64,000 bases of DNA from NCBI GenBank assembly GCA_964016885.1, contig OZ024741.1, forward strand, positions 333,746,001-333,810,000, given 5' to 3'. The notes below the pieces were generated by a model. It had not been told where the DNA came from and ran no database searches. It was given only the letters and a program-made list of their open reading frames with translations. Positions 14,688 through 28,890 of the stretch are shown here, piece by piece. The position numbers and the translations under genes are program-made. The stretch comes from Eledone cirrhosa (lineage: Eukaryota). Positions within the stretch are counted from its first letter, which is position 1; every line of letters starts with the position of its first letter.

Positions 14688-15092
14688 GTGTTTACATATA
14701 TCCATGTGTGTGTTTACATATATTCATGTGTGTGTTTACATATATCCATGTGTGCATTTACATATATCCATGTGTGTGTTTACATATATCCATGTGTGCA
14801 TTTACATATATCCATGTGTGTGTTTACATATATCCATGTGTGTGTTTACATATATCCATGTGTGTTTACATATATCCATGTGTGTGTTTACATATATCCA
14901 TGTGTGTGTTTACATATATCCATGTGTGTGTTTACATATATCCATGTGTGTGTTTACATATATCCATGTGTGTGTTTACATATATCCATGTGTGTGTTTA
15001 CATATATCCATGTGTGTGTTTACATATATCCATGTGTGTGTTTACATATATCCATGTGTGTGTTTACATATATCCATGTGTTTGTTTACATG
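14688..15092. repeat. 22-bp minisatellite (TTTACATATATCCATGTGTGTG)n, ~18 copies
   Basis: Direct tandem copies visible in the sequence. Confidence 0.95.
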
Positions 15093-15411
15093 TTTCACTA
15101 TGTATATATATCAGTCTATGTTTACACATATTGATGTGTACAGCTACATATATATACCAATGTGTATGTTTACACAAATTGATGTGTACGGCTACATATA
15201 CCAATGTGTATGTTTCCATATATTGATGTGTTGTACAGCTACAAATATCAATGTGCATGTTTACACATTGATGTGTATGTTTACATTATGAACCAATAAG
15301 AAATATCAATATAAGACTACAGTAGAAGACAGATATTCTAAGGATCAAAGAAAAGAACAGTTGGTTCTGAACCCAACTTTTTAACCACACAACCATATCT
15401 ACTGACTGAGA

Positions 15412-15932
15412 AGACAAAAGCACCCAGTCCACACTGTAAAGTGGTCATGTAGAAGGCACGACAAAAAGCACCCTGTCCACACTGTATAGTGTTTATGTAG
15501 CTGTCACGACAAAAAGCACCCAGTCCACACTGTAAAATGGTCATGTAGGAGTCACGACAAAAAGCACCCAGTCCACACTATAAAGTGGTCATGTAGGAGT
15601 CACGACAAAAAGCACCCAGTCCACACTGTAAAATGGTCATGTAGGAGTCACGACAAAAAGCACCCAGTCCACACTATAAAGTGGTCATGTCAGCAACACG
15701 ACAAAAAGTGCCCAGTCCATGTTGTAAAGTGGTCGTGTAGGTGTCATGACAAAAAGCACCCAGCATGCAGTGTAAATGTGGTTGGCACCAGGAAGGGCAT
15801 CCAGCTGTAGAAACCAAGCCAAAATCAGCCCTGTGTGAGCGAAACATGGTCCTCTGATCTGATCTCTCCAAAGGGACAGCCCGTCCTACCCATGCTAACG
15901 TGGTAAATGGACATTAAATGATGGTGATGATG
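15412..15932 (+). mobile_element. SINE/RTE-tail element with internal ~48-bp tandem array and (GAT)n tail
   Basis: ~8 x AAAAAGCACCCAGTCCACACTGTAAAGTGGTCATGTAGGAGTCACGAC, then GGAAGGGCATCCAGCTGTAGAAA...GGACATTAAATGATG. Relatives at 19130-19350, 29670-29943, 33055-33390, 52130-52590, 62420-62680. Confidence 0.8.
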
Positions 15933-15939
15933 AGAAACT

Positions 15940-16372
15940 AACTTAACATCTTATAATAATTTAGCAGCAAATATCTAAAAACAAGAATGTTTGTTAATTC
16001 AAATATTTATATTATCTTTACTATAAGCATAAACATTGTGAACATGTTTAATGTGATGCAGTCACTTTTCAAGATCTTGCTAATGTGGTTTTATGTGACT
16101 TGTTAATTCAAATGTTTATAACGTGTTTAGTGAGGGACAGATCATTGTGGAAATTTGCAGTATTAGAGTAAATACTTTAATATTTAATGTGATGCAGTTA
16201 TAATAATGTTTTGTACTCTTCAAAATTGTCTTGCTAACATGGTTTCATGAGGTTTCTTAATTCAAATGTTATAGTATCTTTAATAGAGGGCAGATCATTG
16301 TGAACATTTCCAGTATTATTGTAATTACTTCAATATTTAATGTGATACTAATATGGTTTCATGCAGTTTAGG
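15940..16372. repeat. Degenerate ~180-bp tandem repeat; reverse-complement relative at 58010-58440
   Basis: Shared GATCATTGTGAACATTT.CAGTATTA and TTTAATGTGATGCAG blocks. Confidence 0.6.
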
Positions 16373-17479
16373 TCATTAATAGTTAAATACCAGACATTTA
16401 CTAGACCCTGACTCCTTAAATTCATGGCACTTCACAGTTTAAGAACTGAACATAGCCATATGGTATGGTATGTTATGGGCTTGTAATTCCAAATGAGTCA
16501 TAGGGGCACCATATTGACATATGGCACTTCTAGGGTACTTTTAAAACCTGCCGGAGCCCATCTCCTATCGAGATCTGAGTACAGCAGATTTCTTCTAGAG
16601 AAGGATAGAGAGTACTAGACTGGTACTTTTTGATATCGATCTTGAGTGGATGAAAGGCAAAGTTGATCTCAGCAGGATTTGAACTTAGAGAGCACAAAGC
16701 TGGAACAAATACCTCAAAGCACTCTAAGCCCTCTATCCAACATTCTAACGGCTCTGCCAAATTGCCACCTTAATTCAATTATTAAAACAAAATAAAATTT
16801 ATGCTACTCCTAGTAATATTTTTTTTTACAATTTCAGAACAAACCTTACCTTCAAAATTCACAAATTATTGAAAAAAAAAAAATTCTTCGCAGATAGAAT
16901 ATATTTATTTATATATTTATTTATATTTATGTTTATTTATTTATCTTCATATTTTTAATGTTATTCTATCAAAAGTGGACCTTTCATCATTTATTCCCCT
17001 TGATTTTTATCAATCGTTTTCCTAGTAACAGTGTGTGTATATATGTGAGTATGTTCAAGTGTTTGTGTGTGTGTGTGTAAATGTGTCCATGTCTGACTTT
17101 GTGTATGTGTGCATGCATCTGTGTTGTGTGTATGTGTCCATGTCCATGTGTATGTCCATATCCACCTCTGTGCATGTATGTGTGTGTGTATATCTATGTA
17201 TGTTTGTTTATGTCTGAGTGAGTGTCTCTGCATGTGTGTGTGTGTGAGGGAGTGTGTCCATGTGAATGTGTGTATATCTACATATGTGTATGTCTGTGCC
17301 AGTGAGTGTGTGTGTCTGTGTATGAGTGTGTGTGCCCTTGTGAGTGCATGTGTCTGTGTGTGTACCTGTGTGTGAGTGTGTCTGTATGATCAATAAGTGT
17401 ATAAAGCAATAGAGGAAGTGTGGCCCAACACACAGCAGGAAAATATTGTCTCTCCTGCTGACTGAATCTTTTATATACA

Positions 17480-18055
17480 ACATTACTACTACAACTACTA
17501 CTACTACAACTACTACTACAACTACTACTACTACCACCATTACTACTACTACAACTACCACTACTACCATTACAACAACAACTACTACTACTACTACTAC
17601 TATTATTACTACTGCTACTACTACTACCACCACCATGGCCACAATTACCACTACTACTACTACCATTACTACAATCACTACCACTACTGCCATCACTAAC
17701 ACATTCAGCACCACCACTATTACTCCCACTATTACTACTACTACCACCATATTATCCAACATAGTAGCAGTGGTATAGTGGTGGCATTATAGTGATGGTG
17801 TTGATGGTGTAGTGCTTGTGATAGTGTAATAGTGGTTTTGGTTTTGTGGTAGTAGTGGTATAGTGTTGATGGTGATATAATGGTGGGAGTGATATGGTGA
17901 TGGTGGTATAGCGCTGGTGGTAGTGGTGTATTGGTGGTATAGTACCAGTGGTAGTGGTATACTGATGGTGTTGATATAGTGGTGGTAGTGGTGGTGGTGG
18001 TATTTGTAGTTATTATGGCAGCTGAGAAAATACCATGGTAGTGGTAGTAGTAGTT
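17480..18055. repeat. (ACT/ACC)n followed by (GGT/AGT)n trinucleotide low-complexity tract
   Basis: Direct inspection; explains the poly-T and poly-V ORFs. Confidence 0.9.
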
Positions 18056-18481
18056 ATTGTTCAGCCCTAGGTCAGCCTTCATCAAGTAGACCTATGAATA
18101 AGGGCCTTCTAACTATGACTATCACATTTTTTTCCTTTGAGCTGGGGGAACCAATATTACATTATATCATGTGGGATGTAGTTTGAGGGGGATTTGGCTG
18201 TTCTTTCTTGCCAATCCTGTAGACATTTTTAAAGTCAGTATGGTGTGGTTTAAGGCGGATTTGGCTACACTTTCTTGCTAACCAAGTGGCCTATTCTAAG
18301 TCTGTGGTATGTGGTCTGAGGGAGATTAGGCTACTCTTTCTTGCTAATCATGTGGCCTTTTCTAAATCAGTGGGGAATGGTTTGAGGGGGATTTGGCTGC
18401 TCTTTCTTGCTGATCAAGCAAACACATGCTATGGTTGTGTTTGGAGTAGTTTACTTCCTCGTTTTGGTGAAAGTGGTCACA

Positions 18482-18785
18482 GTGGTTGTCATAGACAATG
18501 TCTCAGTTGCCATGGTGAACATCTTGGTTGTCATGGAGAATGCTATGGTTGCCAGGAGGAAGATCTTGGTTGTCATAGTGAACACCCATGGCTGTCATGG
18601 TGAATGTCATTTTTGTCATGGACAACATCATAGCTGCCATGGTGAATGTTATTGTTGTCATAGTGAATGCCATGAGTGCCATAATGACCATCATGGTTGT
18701 CATGGTGAACGTAATAGTTGTCATAATTCACATCTCAGTTACCATGGTGACTCTCCATGGTTACCATAGTCAGTTGTTGTCTTCA
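18482..18785. repeat. Degenerate 21-bp tandem repeat (GGTTGTCATGGTGAACATCAT-like)
   Basis: ~14 units with GTTG(T/C)CATGGTGA core. Confidence 0.8.
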
Positions 18786-19507
18786 TTGTGGTGAGAGCTA
18801 TTTTCTTATGTGTGCTTCTAAAGGTCACTGGAACTGTTCTTAAGTATCAACTTCAGTACTACTACCACCACCACTACCACCACCACCACCACCACCACTA
18901 CCATCATCATTATCATTACTACCACCATAACTGTCACCCCAATCATCAGTATTACAATCACCACCACAACCATCATTAATACTATGACCACTACCATTAA
19001 TACTGCTACCACCACCACCATTATTACTACCAGTATTACCACCACCATCATTAATACTATGACAAACAACACCACCATCATCATCATTAATATCACTAGT
19101 ACTACCACCATCATCATGATCATCATGATCATCATCATCACCGTTTTACGTCCGTTCTTCTATGCTAGCATGGGTTAGACGGGTTGTCCTGTTGTGGGCA
19201 GTGTCTGGTCGGCTGACCATGCCTTGCTCATACAGGAACTGATTCTGGCTTGATTTCTACAGCTGGATGCCCTTCCTAACACCAACCTCATTTATAGTGA
19301 GTGCTGGGTGCTTTTTTGCCGTGGCACCTACACGTCCACTTTGCAGTGGGAGGGTGTGGGGGCATATTGTCTATATGCTTTAGCTTGTACCCATGGGAGG
19401 TCGGGTACTCTGTATCATTACTACAACTACTATCACTGTTACTACCATCACTAGTACCTCTAACACTGCCACCATCACATCAATAACGCCACCACCACCA
19501 CCACCAT

Positions 19508-19948
19508 TGGTGGATTGGCAGTATCGGTAGAGGGTCGGACGCTATGCTTTGACGTATAGAGTTATGGCCGTTACCATTCTGAGTTCGAATCCCGCCGAGG
19601 TTAACTTTGCCTTTCAACCTTACGGGGTCGATAAAATAAAGTACCAGTAATGCACTGGGTAATTGCTGGCCCTGTGCCAAAAAGTAGAAACAATTATTGC
19701 TTTTACTACAACTCTCACCACCATCATCAATTTCATTACTACCACCTTACATGAAATTGTAATTATTTCTACATTAGGCACAAGGCCAGCAATTATCCTA
19801 GTGCATTACTGGTACTTTATTTTATCGACCCCGTAAGGATGAAAGGCAAAGTTAACCTCGGCGGGATTTGAACTCAGATCATATAGGGCCGTAACTCTAT
19901 GCTGCAAAGCATGGTGTCCGACCCTCTACCGATACTGCCAATCCACCA
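19508..19948. mobile_element. Two full-length SINE copies in tail-to-tail inverted orientation
   Basis: + copy 19508-19697, - copy 19764-19948, spacer ~70 nt. Confidence 0.9.
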
Positions 19949-20040
19949 ATGGAAGGTGTTTAGATAAATATAAAAGGTTGAGCGGGCCCTTTAGTTGCAC
20001 CAAGGACACAACCATCTCACTGGTGCTGGTGCCATGTTAA

Positions 20041-20250
20041 CCCTTTACTGTTCAAACCAGCCAAAACTGGCCAGAATTCTCTACCTCTTTCTGTTGAAAC
20101 TGGCCACTCATACTGATGTTAAGGTATTGTTCTCAAAAGAAATACTTTCAAAATCTCATAGATTCGATATTATGTAGGATAATTATGCGAGGTAAAGCAT
20201 TTACCATGAAAATATAATAGTATATATAGAGTAATGTGAATGCTAAAGGG
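20041..20250. mobile_element. piggyBac-like (TTAA) MITE
   Basis: TTAA|CCCTTTA ... TAAAGGG|TTAA; inverted homolog at ~40212-40419. Confidence 0.75.
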
Positions 20251-20954
20251 TTAAAGCACATCCAGTGTACTCTGCAAAGCAGTTAGTGTTAGTAAGGTCA
20301 TTCAGCCATAGAAAACCTGCCAAAGAAACCAGCCATAGAAAACCTGAGGGGACACTTCAGTTGTGCCAAAAACACAACAACCTCTCTTGTGCTGCTCTCT
20401 AAAGTTTGTCTTGAACCTGGAGGTTCATCAGGCTAGTGCTTAACCCAGTTTCCATGGCATGAAGCGACTGTGAGTACAAGATGCCCCTCATGGGCAGAAC
20501 ACCAGTCCACCATAAGGTTAAAACCCCAGCTATTGTTGCTACTTATTTTCTGCTGAGTATACTGCAGCAATGTGAAATGAAGTATTTTACTCAAGAACAC
20601 AACACACACCCAGTCTAGGAACCGAACACACCACATTATAATCATAAGTCCAACACACTACTGTTGGTGCCATCATAAAATGCACCTAGTACACTCTGTA
20701 AAGTTTTAGGAATGTACATAAGCAGCTGAGGGGATGTGTAGGCCTTGACCCATCTAATTGAGTGCTAACCTGGTCTTTGACAACCCAACCAACCTATGCT
20801 AGCATGGTAAAAAGTATGTTAAACAGTGATGATGATGGTAATGATAAACACTTTAAAACAGTGTCATAGAACCAGGTACAGTTTATATTTACTGTATAAA
20901 TAATATCACAATTGAACTAGGAACATGGAATTGCAGCAGTTAAATAACTAATTT

Positions 20955-21240
20955 TTTTTTCATTGGTTTTACATATTAGACTGTGGCCATGCTGGGGCAC
21001 AGCTTTAAATGACTAGATTTGTTTAAAGGAGGTGGGGGGGGGGGGGGTACGGTCATTTGACTATGGCTATGCTGGGGCACTACTTTAAATGACTAAATTT
21101 TTTTTCATTGGTTTCAGTCATTAGACTATGGTCATGCTAGGGCACTGCTTTATATGGCTAAATTTCTTCTTTTTTCTTTCATTGGTTTCAGTCATTAGAC
21201 TGTGGCCATGCTGGAGCACTGCTTTATATGGCTTGATTTT
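20955..21240 (-). repeat. Tandem copies (~4-5) of a SINE-like 3' tail
   Basis: Repeated TTCATTGGTTTCAGTCATTAGACTGTGGCCATGCTGGGGCAC. Confidence 0.7.
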
Positions 21241-21677
21241 TTTTTCATGTTTTCCCCATGAAATCCCAAAGAGCTTCAGTTGTGATATCATTAACCCATG
21301 GAGATGTTTTAAGTGATGTGATAAGGGCCATTAAACAAATCCATTGACATGAATGCTTCTTACTTGTCACAATGAGTCCATCTTGTTTCTCTGTGTTATG
21401 TCATTCACTTCAAAGTAAGCTCCTTGCAGTATTTTTTTTACTGTTGTTGTTGAATTGACAACTGGTTCACCATTCTTTCTCTCATCACAGCCTTGCCTTC
21501 TTTCTTTCTCTCCCTCTCTTCCTTCTCTATCTCATAAATACATATATATTCATTCACTCTTTATCTTTCTGTCTGTCTACTGCCCCTACACACAAACATA
21601 TATATATATATAGACGCACATACATTCATGCACATACACACACGCACACACATATATAGATACATATACATTCATGC

Positions 21678-21708
<31 letters not shown>

Positions 21709-21710
21709 CT

Positions 21711-21742
<32 letters not shown>

Positions 21743-22336
21743 CACGCATGACACACACACGTAGAACTTTGGCTGTAATCATAGTTTATTGTTGCTATAA
21801 CAAATGTGTTTTTAGATATTTTTTGCTAATTTATTAGAGGATGTTAAGAATTAAACCAACAGACAACAGGCTTTAAAACACATATGATACTCAGCAGACT
21901 GTGTTTGAACTAAAGATTACCAAAAGCCTAACAAAGAATTTCAAGAACCTCAAACGTAAAAATCTGATGCAGGCTCATTTCTCAGATTTGTCAGGCATGA
22001 TAAAAATTCCAGAACTCTTCTAATACAATATTACTGAAGTGTATATAATGGCTGAATGTCAGTAGAGAGCATAAAACTTATTGGTTGATTGGCTCAGTAG
22101 GTTGGCTACCAGTGATCCTCCTCTGTGTACAGTACAATCACAATACATGCAGTCTGAAAACTTTCTGACAACACCTCATCTATGTATCTTCTCCATTTTC
22201 ATAGGTTAGACAGGTCCTTTTCAGCACAGCATCTCTCTACACACCATGATCCTTCGTCATTTCCATTGTGAGTTTCAGTGATTTGAGATCAGCACTCCGC
22301 ATCTGTCTCCAGGTCTTCCTTGGTCTTATATTTAAA

Positions 22337-22376
<40 letters not shown>

Positions 22377-22687
22377 TGCAAAACGTAAATAGAAACACCA
22401 AAGCAAACAACACAGTACCATGAAGAAATATATCATTTTAACACTTGACAGAGTAAGAAAAGAGTATTTACGTTTTGGATAATACTCATTCATTGGAAGA
22501 TAGAATGAGAAATAAAAGATTATTCAGTTACCCATTTTGAATATATATATATATATGTATATATACCGTTTTTTCTTGTGTTGAAGACGCTACTTTTTTC
22601 CGAAAACAAGTCTCAAAAATCTACCATGGTTGTTAAAATTAGGGTGCCTCCTCAAGGATGAAGCCTCTTAGGCACTGGGAAATAAGT

Positions 22688-22718
<31 letters not shown>

Positions 22719-25700
22719 GATCATTTTATGCCATGCTAACATTATTTGGACAAGATACACTGAGTAATTGCTGGCCTTGTACCAAAAAAGTAGAAACAAT
22801 TATTTGGACAAGATAGGTCAGAGTCATCTCATCTGGTACATATGTTCCTTATTTGGCATTGTTTCTATTTTCTATGACTGAATATCCTTCCTAAAGTCAA
22901 CCTACCACCTTACAGAGAATACTGGGTGTAAATGTGGAATGTATGAAGAAGATAAAGTTTCTCTGTGTCTCATTTTGTAGCGAACTGTGACAATCCATCT
23001 AACTTATGCCATCATGGAAAGTGGATGTAAAATATATATATAATAATGATAATAAGGAGTAGGAACTCTACTTCTTAAGGACACTGATAATAGTATAGTA
23101 TCAAACACAGAGTCCTAAATCAGTAGCCGGATCAAAATATTAGCATTGAGTACTCAAACTGATATACCATCAGTAACTAAACATTACAAACCAATATACT
23201 ATATATATATATATGACTGAGAGAGTTCTTCAATTGTGTTAGCATGACAGCCTCTCATGTGCTGGTTCCATCGTAAAATGCACCTCATACACTCGGTATA
23301 CTATCAGAATGTACATAAGCAATGTGTAGGACCCTGACACATCTGATTGAATGCTAATTTGGTCTGTGACAATCCAACTACCTTATACAACCTCAAGCAC
23401 CAGGGGCAAAAACACAAATGATATATAAATACACACATGTACACTCATCACTGAGAAAAATCAGAAAGTATTCTGCTTCTGTGACTCTCTATATAAAGTA
23501 TGATGTCATATGAGTTTAACAGGGTAACTGAATAACAGATAGATTAAAGTTGAAAGGTAGTGAAAACTCTGCCTAACTTATATTAAAATATTTGTCATTT
23601 ACTGAAAATGAATTGGAAGATATCTATGTTTCATTTTCTTCAATCGCTCACTTATTCCTGGGAGAATTGTGGGGGTTGAGTCCTCAAACACTCCTTCCAG
23701 CAGGTCCTGTCAGAAGCAACCATCTCCAATTCATCTAGCTGGATCCCCAAGCAACGCCAACTCAGCTCATGGATGTTATCCAACCATCTTATTTGGAGTC
23801 TACTCTTGGGTCTCCTGCGAGTTGGTTTTGCTCATAAAATTTGTCAAGTGATTCTTTCCTGAGATATTCTAACCACATGCTTGTAATATCAAAGCTGTGA
23901 TCTCCCAATTTGGAGTAGTGGCTCTCTACCTAGAGTGACTCTCTGATCTCTGAGGTATACACCCTATCGAGTAACATTACTCCAAAGACCATTTGAAGGG
24001 ACTCCATTTTGGCCACTTGTATTTTTGATTGTATTCATAGTTTAATAGATGATATTTACAACTCAAAACTCCAAGTTGACATTACCAACCTTGCACCCCC
24101 CCTACACACACATACATACTATGCATAATATGCACCTACATACTCTCTCTCTCTCACACACACATATGTACATAAATATATACATATATAAACACACATA
24201 CACATAAACATATTTAAACATGCACACACACACACATGCACACACACAATGGTTCATATACATACATACATACACATATGTACATATATATAAACATATA
24301 TAAACATGCTCACACTCATGCTCACACACACAATGGTTCATATACATACATACACATATGTACATACATATAATTGTTTCTACTTTTGGCACAAGGCCTG
24401 CAATTACCCAGTGAATTACTGGTACTATATTTTATCGACCCCGTAATGATGAAAGGCAAAGTTAACCTCGGCAGGATTTGAACTCAGATCAGAAAGGGGC
24501 GTAACTCTATGCTGCAAAGCATGTTGTCCAACCCTCTACCGATACTGCTAAATCACCGCCATACATATAATCATATATAAACATGCTCACACTCATCCAC
24601 ACACACACACACACACAGTGGTTCATATACATACATGAGTGTCTGACACTGCATTGCTTGTTTTGACATCCATACCTGGCACTTGGGTGTCTTTAGCAGA
24701 GTCCACTCTGTTGCAAGCATATGGACCAGCTGTCCTATTTGAGAATATCTTCTTCTAAACCAAAGGCTCATCAGGCTGGTATTTATCCCTGGCTTTCTTG
24801 GCATTAAACAACACAGTACAAAACTCTCCCACCAGGACAGGATGCAGTCAATTACAGGATTAACTCACCAGCTACTACTGGTGATATTTAATCTCAGCTG
24901 AGAGTACTGGAACAATGTAAGATAAAGTATTTTGCTCAAGAACACAACACAGCAGCCTGTCCATGAATGAAACCTACGACATTATGATCGTAAGTTCAGC
25001 ATCCAAACGATTAAACCTCAGAAGGATGACAAAGTTGACTTCAGCAGGATTTGAAATCAGAATGTAAATACTTGGAAGAAATACTGCAACCCATTTGTAC
25101 AATACTCTAACAACTCTGCCAACAATCCAGCCCCCTTAAAATGTGACACAATGGCTGCAGGAATAGAACCTAGAACCACAAATATGTTGTTAATCAGATA
25201 GTAACTGCATAACTTCACTAAACCTGACAGGATGGTAGTTTGACATCTTCTTTGCCCACTTATTCCTGAGAGGTTCGTGAGGGGAGAGTCCTCAAACACT
25301 CCTTTCAGCAGGTCATGTCAGAAGCAACCATTTCCACCTGATACAGCTGGATCCCCAAGTGACACCAGCCAAGCTCATGGATGTTATCCAACCATCTTGC
25401 TCAGGGTCTACCCCTGGGTCACCTGTTGATTGGTTTTTGCTTATAAAATCTGTCCAGCGATTCTTTCCTGAGACATTCTAACGACATGCCAATAATATTG
25501 GAGTTGTGATCTCCCAATTCGGATAAGTAGTTTGACAAAATATAAAATGAATTACTATATATACTTGAAAATAAGCTGTGGAATATGTGACCAAAAATTA
25601 GATGGTAGAGGTTGGTGGGTCGGTTTATATTCGAGGTCAATATTTTGACGATTTTTCACCAACTTCAAATTCAACATAAATAAGGTCTGGATTTTTGCCT

Positions 25701-27072
25701 ATTTCTCAAACATAATATAGTGGGGTTGGCTTATATTCTTATCCACTTATATTCGGTATATAGAAATATTTTATGAAGGGTATAAAGCTGGGTGGTGGAA
25801 TAATGGGTATGTAACTATAAAAAGGAAACTGCTTGTTTATCTCATAAACATGTGGGAGATGAATCGACAATTATTACTTGTATTATTACTTATTAGTACG
25901 GTTAATTTTCTAATGTTACACTTGTTAATGTTATATTTGACCTTGGGGATGGACCAGGCACTCATATATAGATTATTTTGTTCCAATAAAGATGGCAAAA
26001 TTATTATTATTTTTTGTAATTATTATTATTTTTTTCTTTTGATTTTAAGAAATCACGGAAAATATACGATAAATTGACAATGAGGATAATTTGATAAAGC
26101 TTGTCAGAATTAAAAGAATAACAAAAAAAACCCAGATAAACAAATAAATATATAAAATAACAATAGATTTTATCTGATATAATAATAACAATAAGAACAA
26201 CAACAGCAACAAAATAATAATAATAATGATAATAATGTAACGTCATGCACCATATATTACACATTATGCAATGTTTTCTCTTGACTCACCATTTATAAGA
26301 TTTAATTAATCTGCACCCCACCTCACCCACCATCATCACCAACACAGAATAAGCTAATTCTTTTTTATTTTTTTCATTACAAAGCAACTTCCGACATGAT
26401 TGTTTATTTACAGTGTAACCATCCTCAAAGCTCAACTGCTCCCTGTTATAAATTTCTAATCGAATTAGATTTCATTGTTATTACAAATACTACTTCAAGC
26501 CCTACACAAACAAACAGACATTTTACACCAATAACTTTTATAATTCACACTGGGTAGGCATTGTGTTTTTTTATATCAAAACTGCCTGAAGCTGCCCCTG
26601 GTTATATGATATAAATCTGCTTGTTTTAAAGGGTATATATCCATCTGAAATCTTTCGACCATAATTTTATGTAAGAACCCTTATTAAGTTATATTCCATA
26701 TACCAGCTTAATAATGAAAAAACTAGTTATATTACTAAATCTCTCAAAATTCTTGATTATTTTCAAAATTATTTGAAAATCATAGGCAGTGACTTTCATT
26801 AGAAATATGGTTAGGAAAGGGTTTATATTTATCTCATTAGTACATCTTTGAAGTGAAGACTTGGTCATCCTATAGTCCTGTAGGATGTGTCACAATTAAA
26901 CATATTTTATTATAGTAAAAAATACAATGTAATAACTGCAAAGAAATATATAAATATCTGATGAATAATTTAGCATCATAACCATTTTATTCATCATACT
27001 TATAAGATTATATTCTTTTACTGGATTCTTTTGTAAGATGGTAGCCATGCCTTGAAGGAATTTAGTTAGGTA

Positions 27073-27234
27073 CTGTATTTCCCGGCATTGAAGACACTAC
27101 TTTTTTCCTAAAATAAGTCTCAAAAATCTGGAGGTCTAAGGTTGCATTTTTCATTATATTTTTTTCAAATTTTTGGTTGTCAAAATTAGGGTGTGTCCTC
27201 GAGGATGAAGTGTCTTTGGTGCCAAGAAATACAG
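27073..27234. mobile_element. Tc1/mariner-superfamily (pogo/Tc2-like) MITE; shorter relative at 22565-22688
   Basis: TA|CTGTATTTC ... GAAATACAG|TA termini; shared internal TTGAAGAC.CTACTTTTTTCC and AAAATTAGGGTG. Confidence 0.65.
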
Positions 27235-28348
27235 TACTTATTTTAACAATCACGACTGGACATAAACACACAGCAAACATATACTCAGACACTAACACAA
27301 ATGCAAACAAACAGGAATAAACAAAAACACACATACATGATGATGATGATGATCATCATCATTTTAATGTCCACTTTCCCTGCTAGCAAGGTAAAGAAGG
27401 GTCTATATAGAACAAGTCAGTACTCAAATTGAGCTACTGATCTCCCAAACAAGATAGGGATCTGTGTCTCACTTATGTATCATCTCATATTTCATTGAGT
27501 GAACAGGAGAAGTTGTCATGTCTTTAACACAACTGAGGTTCCTCCCAAACCTTTGTTTGGCAAGATTTCTATGGTTGGATGCCCTTCCTATCACCAACCA
27601 CTCACAAGGCATTGGTTAATGTGTGACTATAGTAGAAAATACTTACCCAAGGTACAATGGGACAGAGCCACTTGGCTATAAAGTGGACACCAGAACAACA
27701 CAGTCATGACAGCACCTATCTGTATAGTTTTAAATTTTCTAAAACATGATACTGTTTTTAAGAGGGCCTGTAGAATTCCTATTTCTTTTATGTCCAGTGA
27801 AAATATGAATGTAGATTCTCATTAAGATATATTTTTATATAAATCAATGGGAATCCATCACTGACATTATAGAAATAATTCTTTTGTTAAGTTTCCTACA
27901 AAAAAAAAAGTAATAATAAAAATAATATGTGTCTTCATCAAACCAGATGGTTAAATTCTGAAAAATCTCAGAGACTTTCAGTGTTCCACTAATGGACTGA
28001 ATTCACAAAACCTCAGCTAATTTGCATTACTTGCTGCTTCTTGTAAAATTCTTAACTCTGTTCAGATAAGTACAGCGGCATTTCATTATGTAACCAGATA
28101 TATTCATGCCCAGGGGCTACAGCAATGACGAATGGGAAATATCGACATTAATTGCAAATATACCTTATTTTTTATATTATATTTTTCTGTTCTTTATTTT
28201 TATTCTTTCATTCTTTTCTTATTTCTTTATTTCATTTTTTTATTCATTTCATTTATTAATTCTATTTTTGGCAGTGAAATGCTGAAGTTTCATGTTTTCT
28301 CATCTTTGCCATACTAAATTATAGCTTGTGATGCGTTGGCATTTTACT

Positions 28349-28433
<85 letters not shown>

Positions 28434-28831
28434 TGTACATATACATATACATGTACATATACATATACATGTATATATATACATATATATATACATATAC
28501 ATACATATACATATATATATTTATATATATATATATATAAACATATATAAATATATATATATACATATACATACATATACATACACATATTACACACATA
28601 TACTAATATACACACACATATACATATACATACATATATACACACACATATATACATATATACATATATATATACATACATATGTATATATATATATATA
28701 TATACACATATACATATATATATATACATATACATACATATATATATGTGTGTGTGTATGTATAATATATGTATATATCATCATCATCATCTTCGTTTAA
28801 CGTCCATCTTCCACGCTAGCATAGGTTAGAC

Positions 28832-28890
<59 letters not shown>

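Noticed and set aside
17208-19178. Mucin-like poly-Thr, poly-Val and His/Cys-rich ORFs
   Set aside because: Trinucleotide and 21-bp repeats open on both strands; no signal peptide or splice context.
22455-22505. Possible minus-strand hammerhead remnant (CAATGAA...TCCAAAACG); similar weak case at 2480-2560
   Set aside because: Both core boxes are mutated; cannot be supported without a family consensus.
28036-28160. Possible exon after CTCTGTTCAG
   Set aside because: No convincing downstream donor and no coding similarity.
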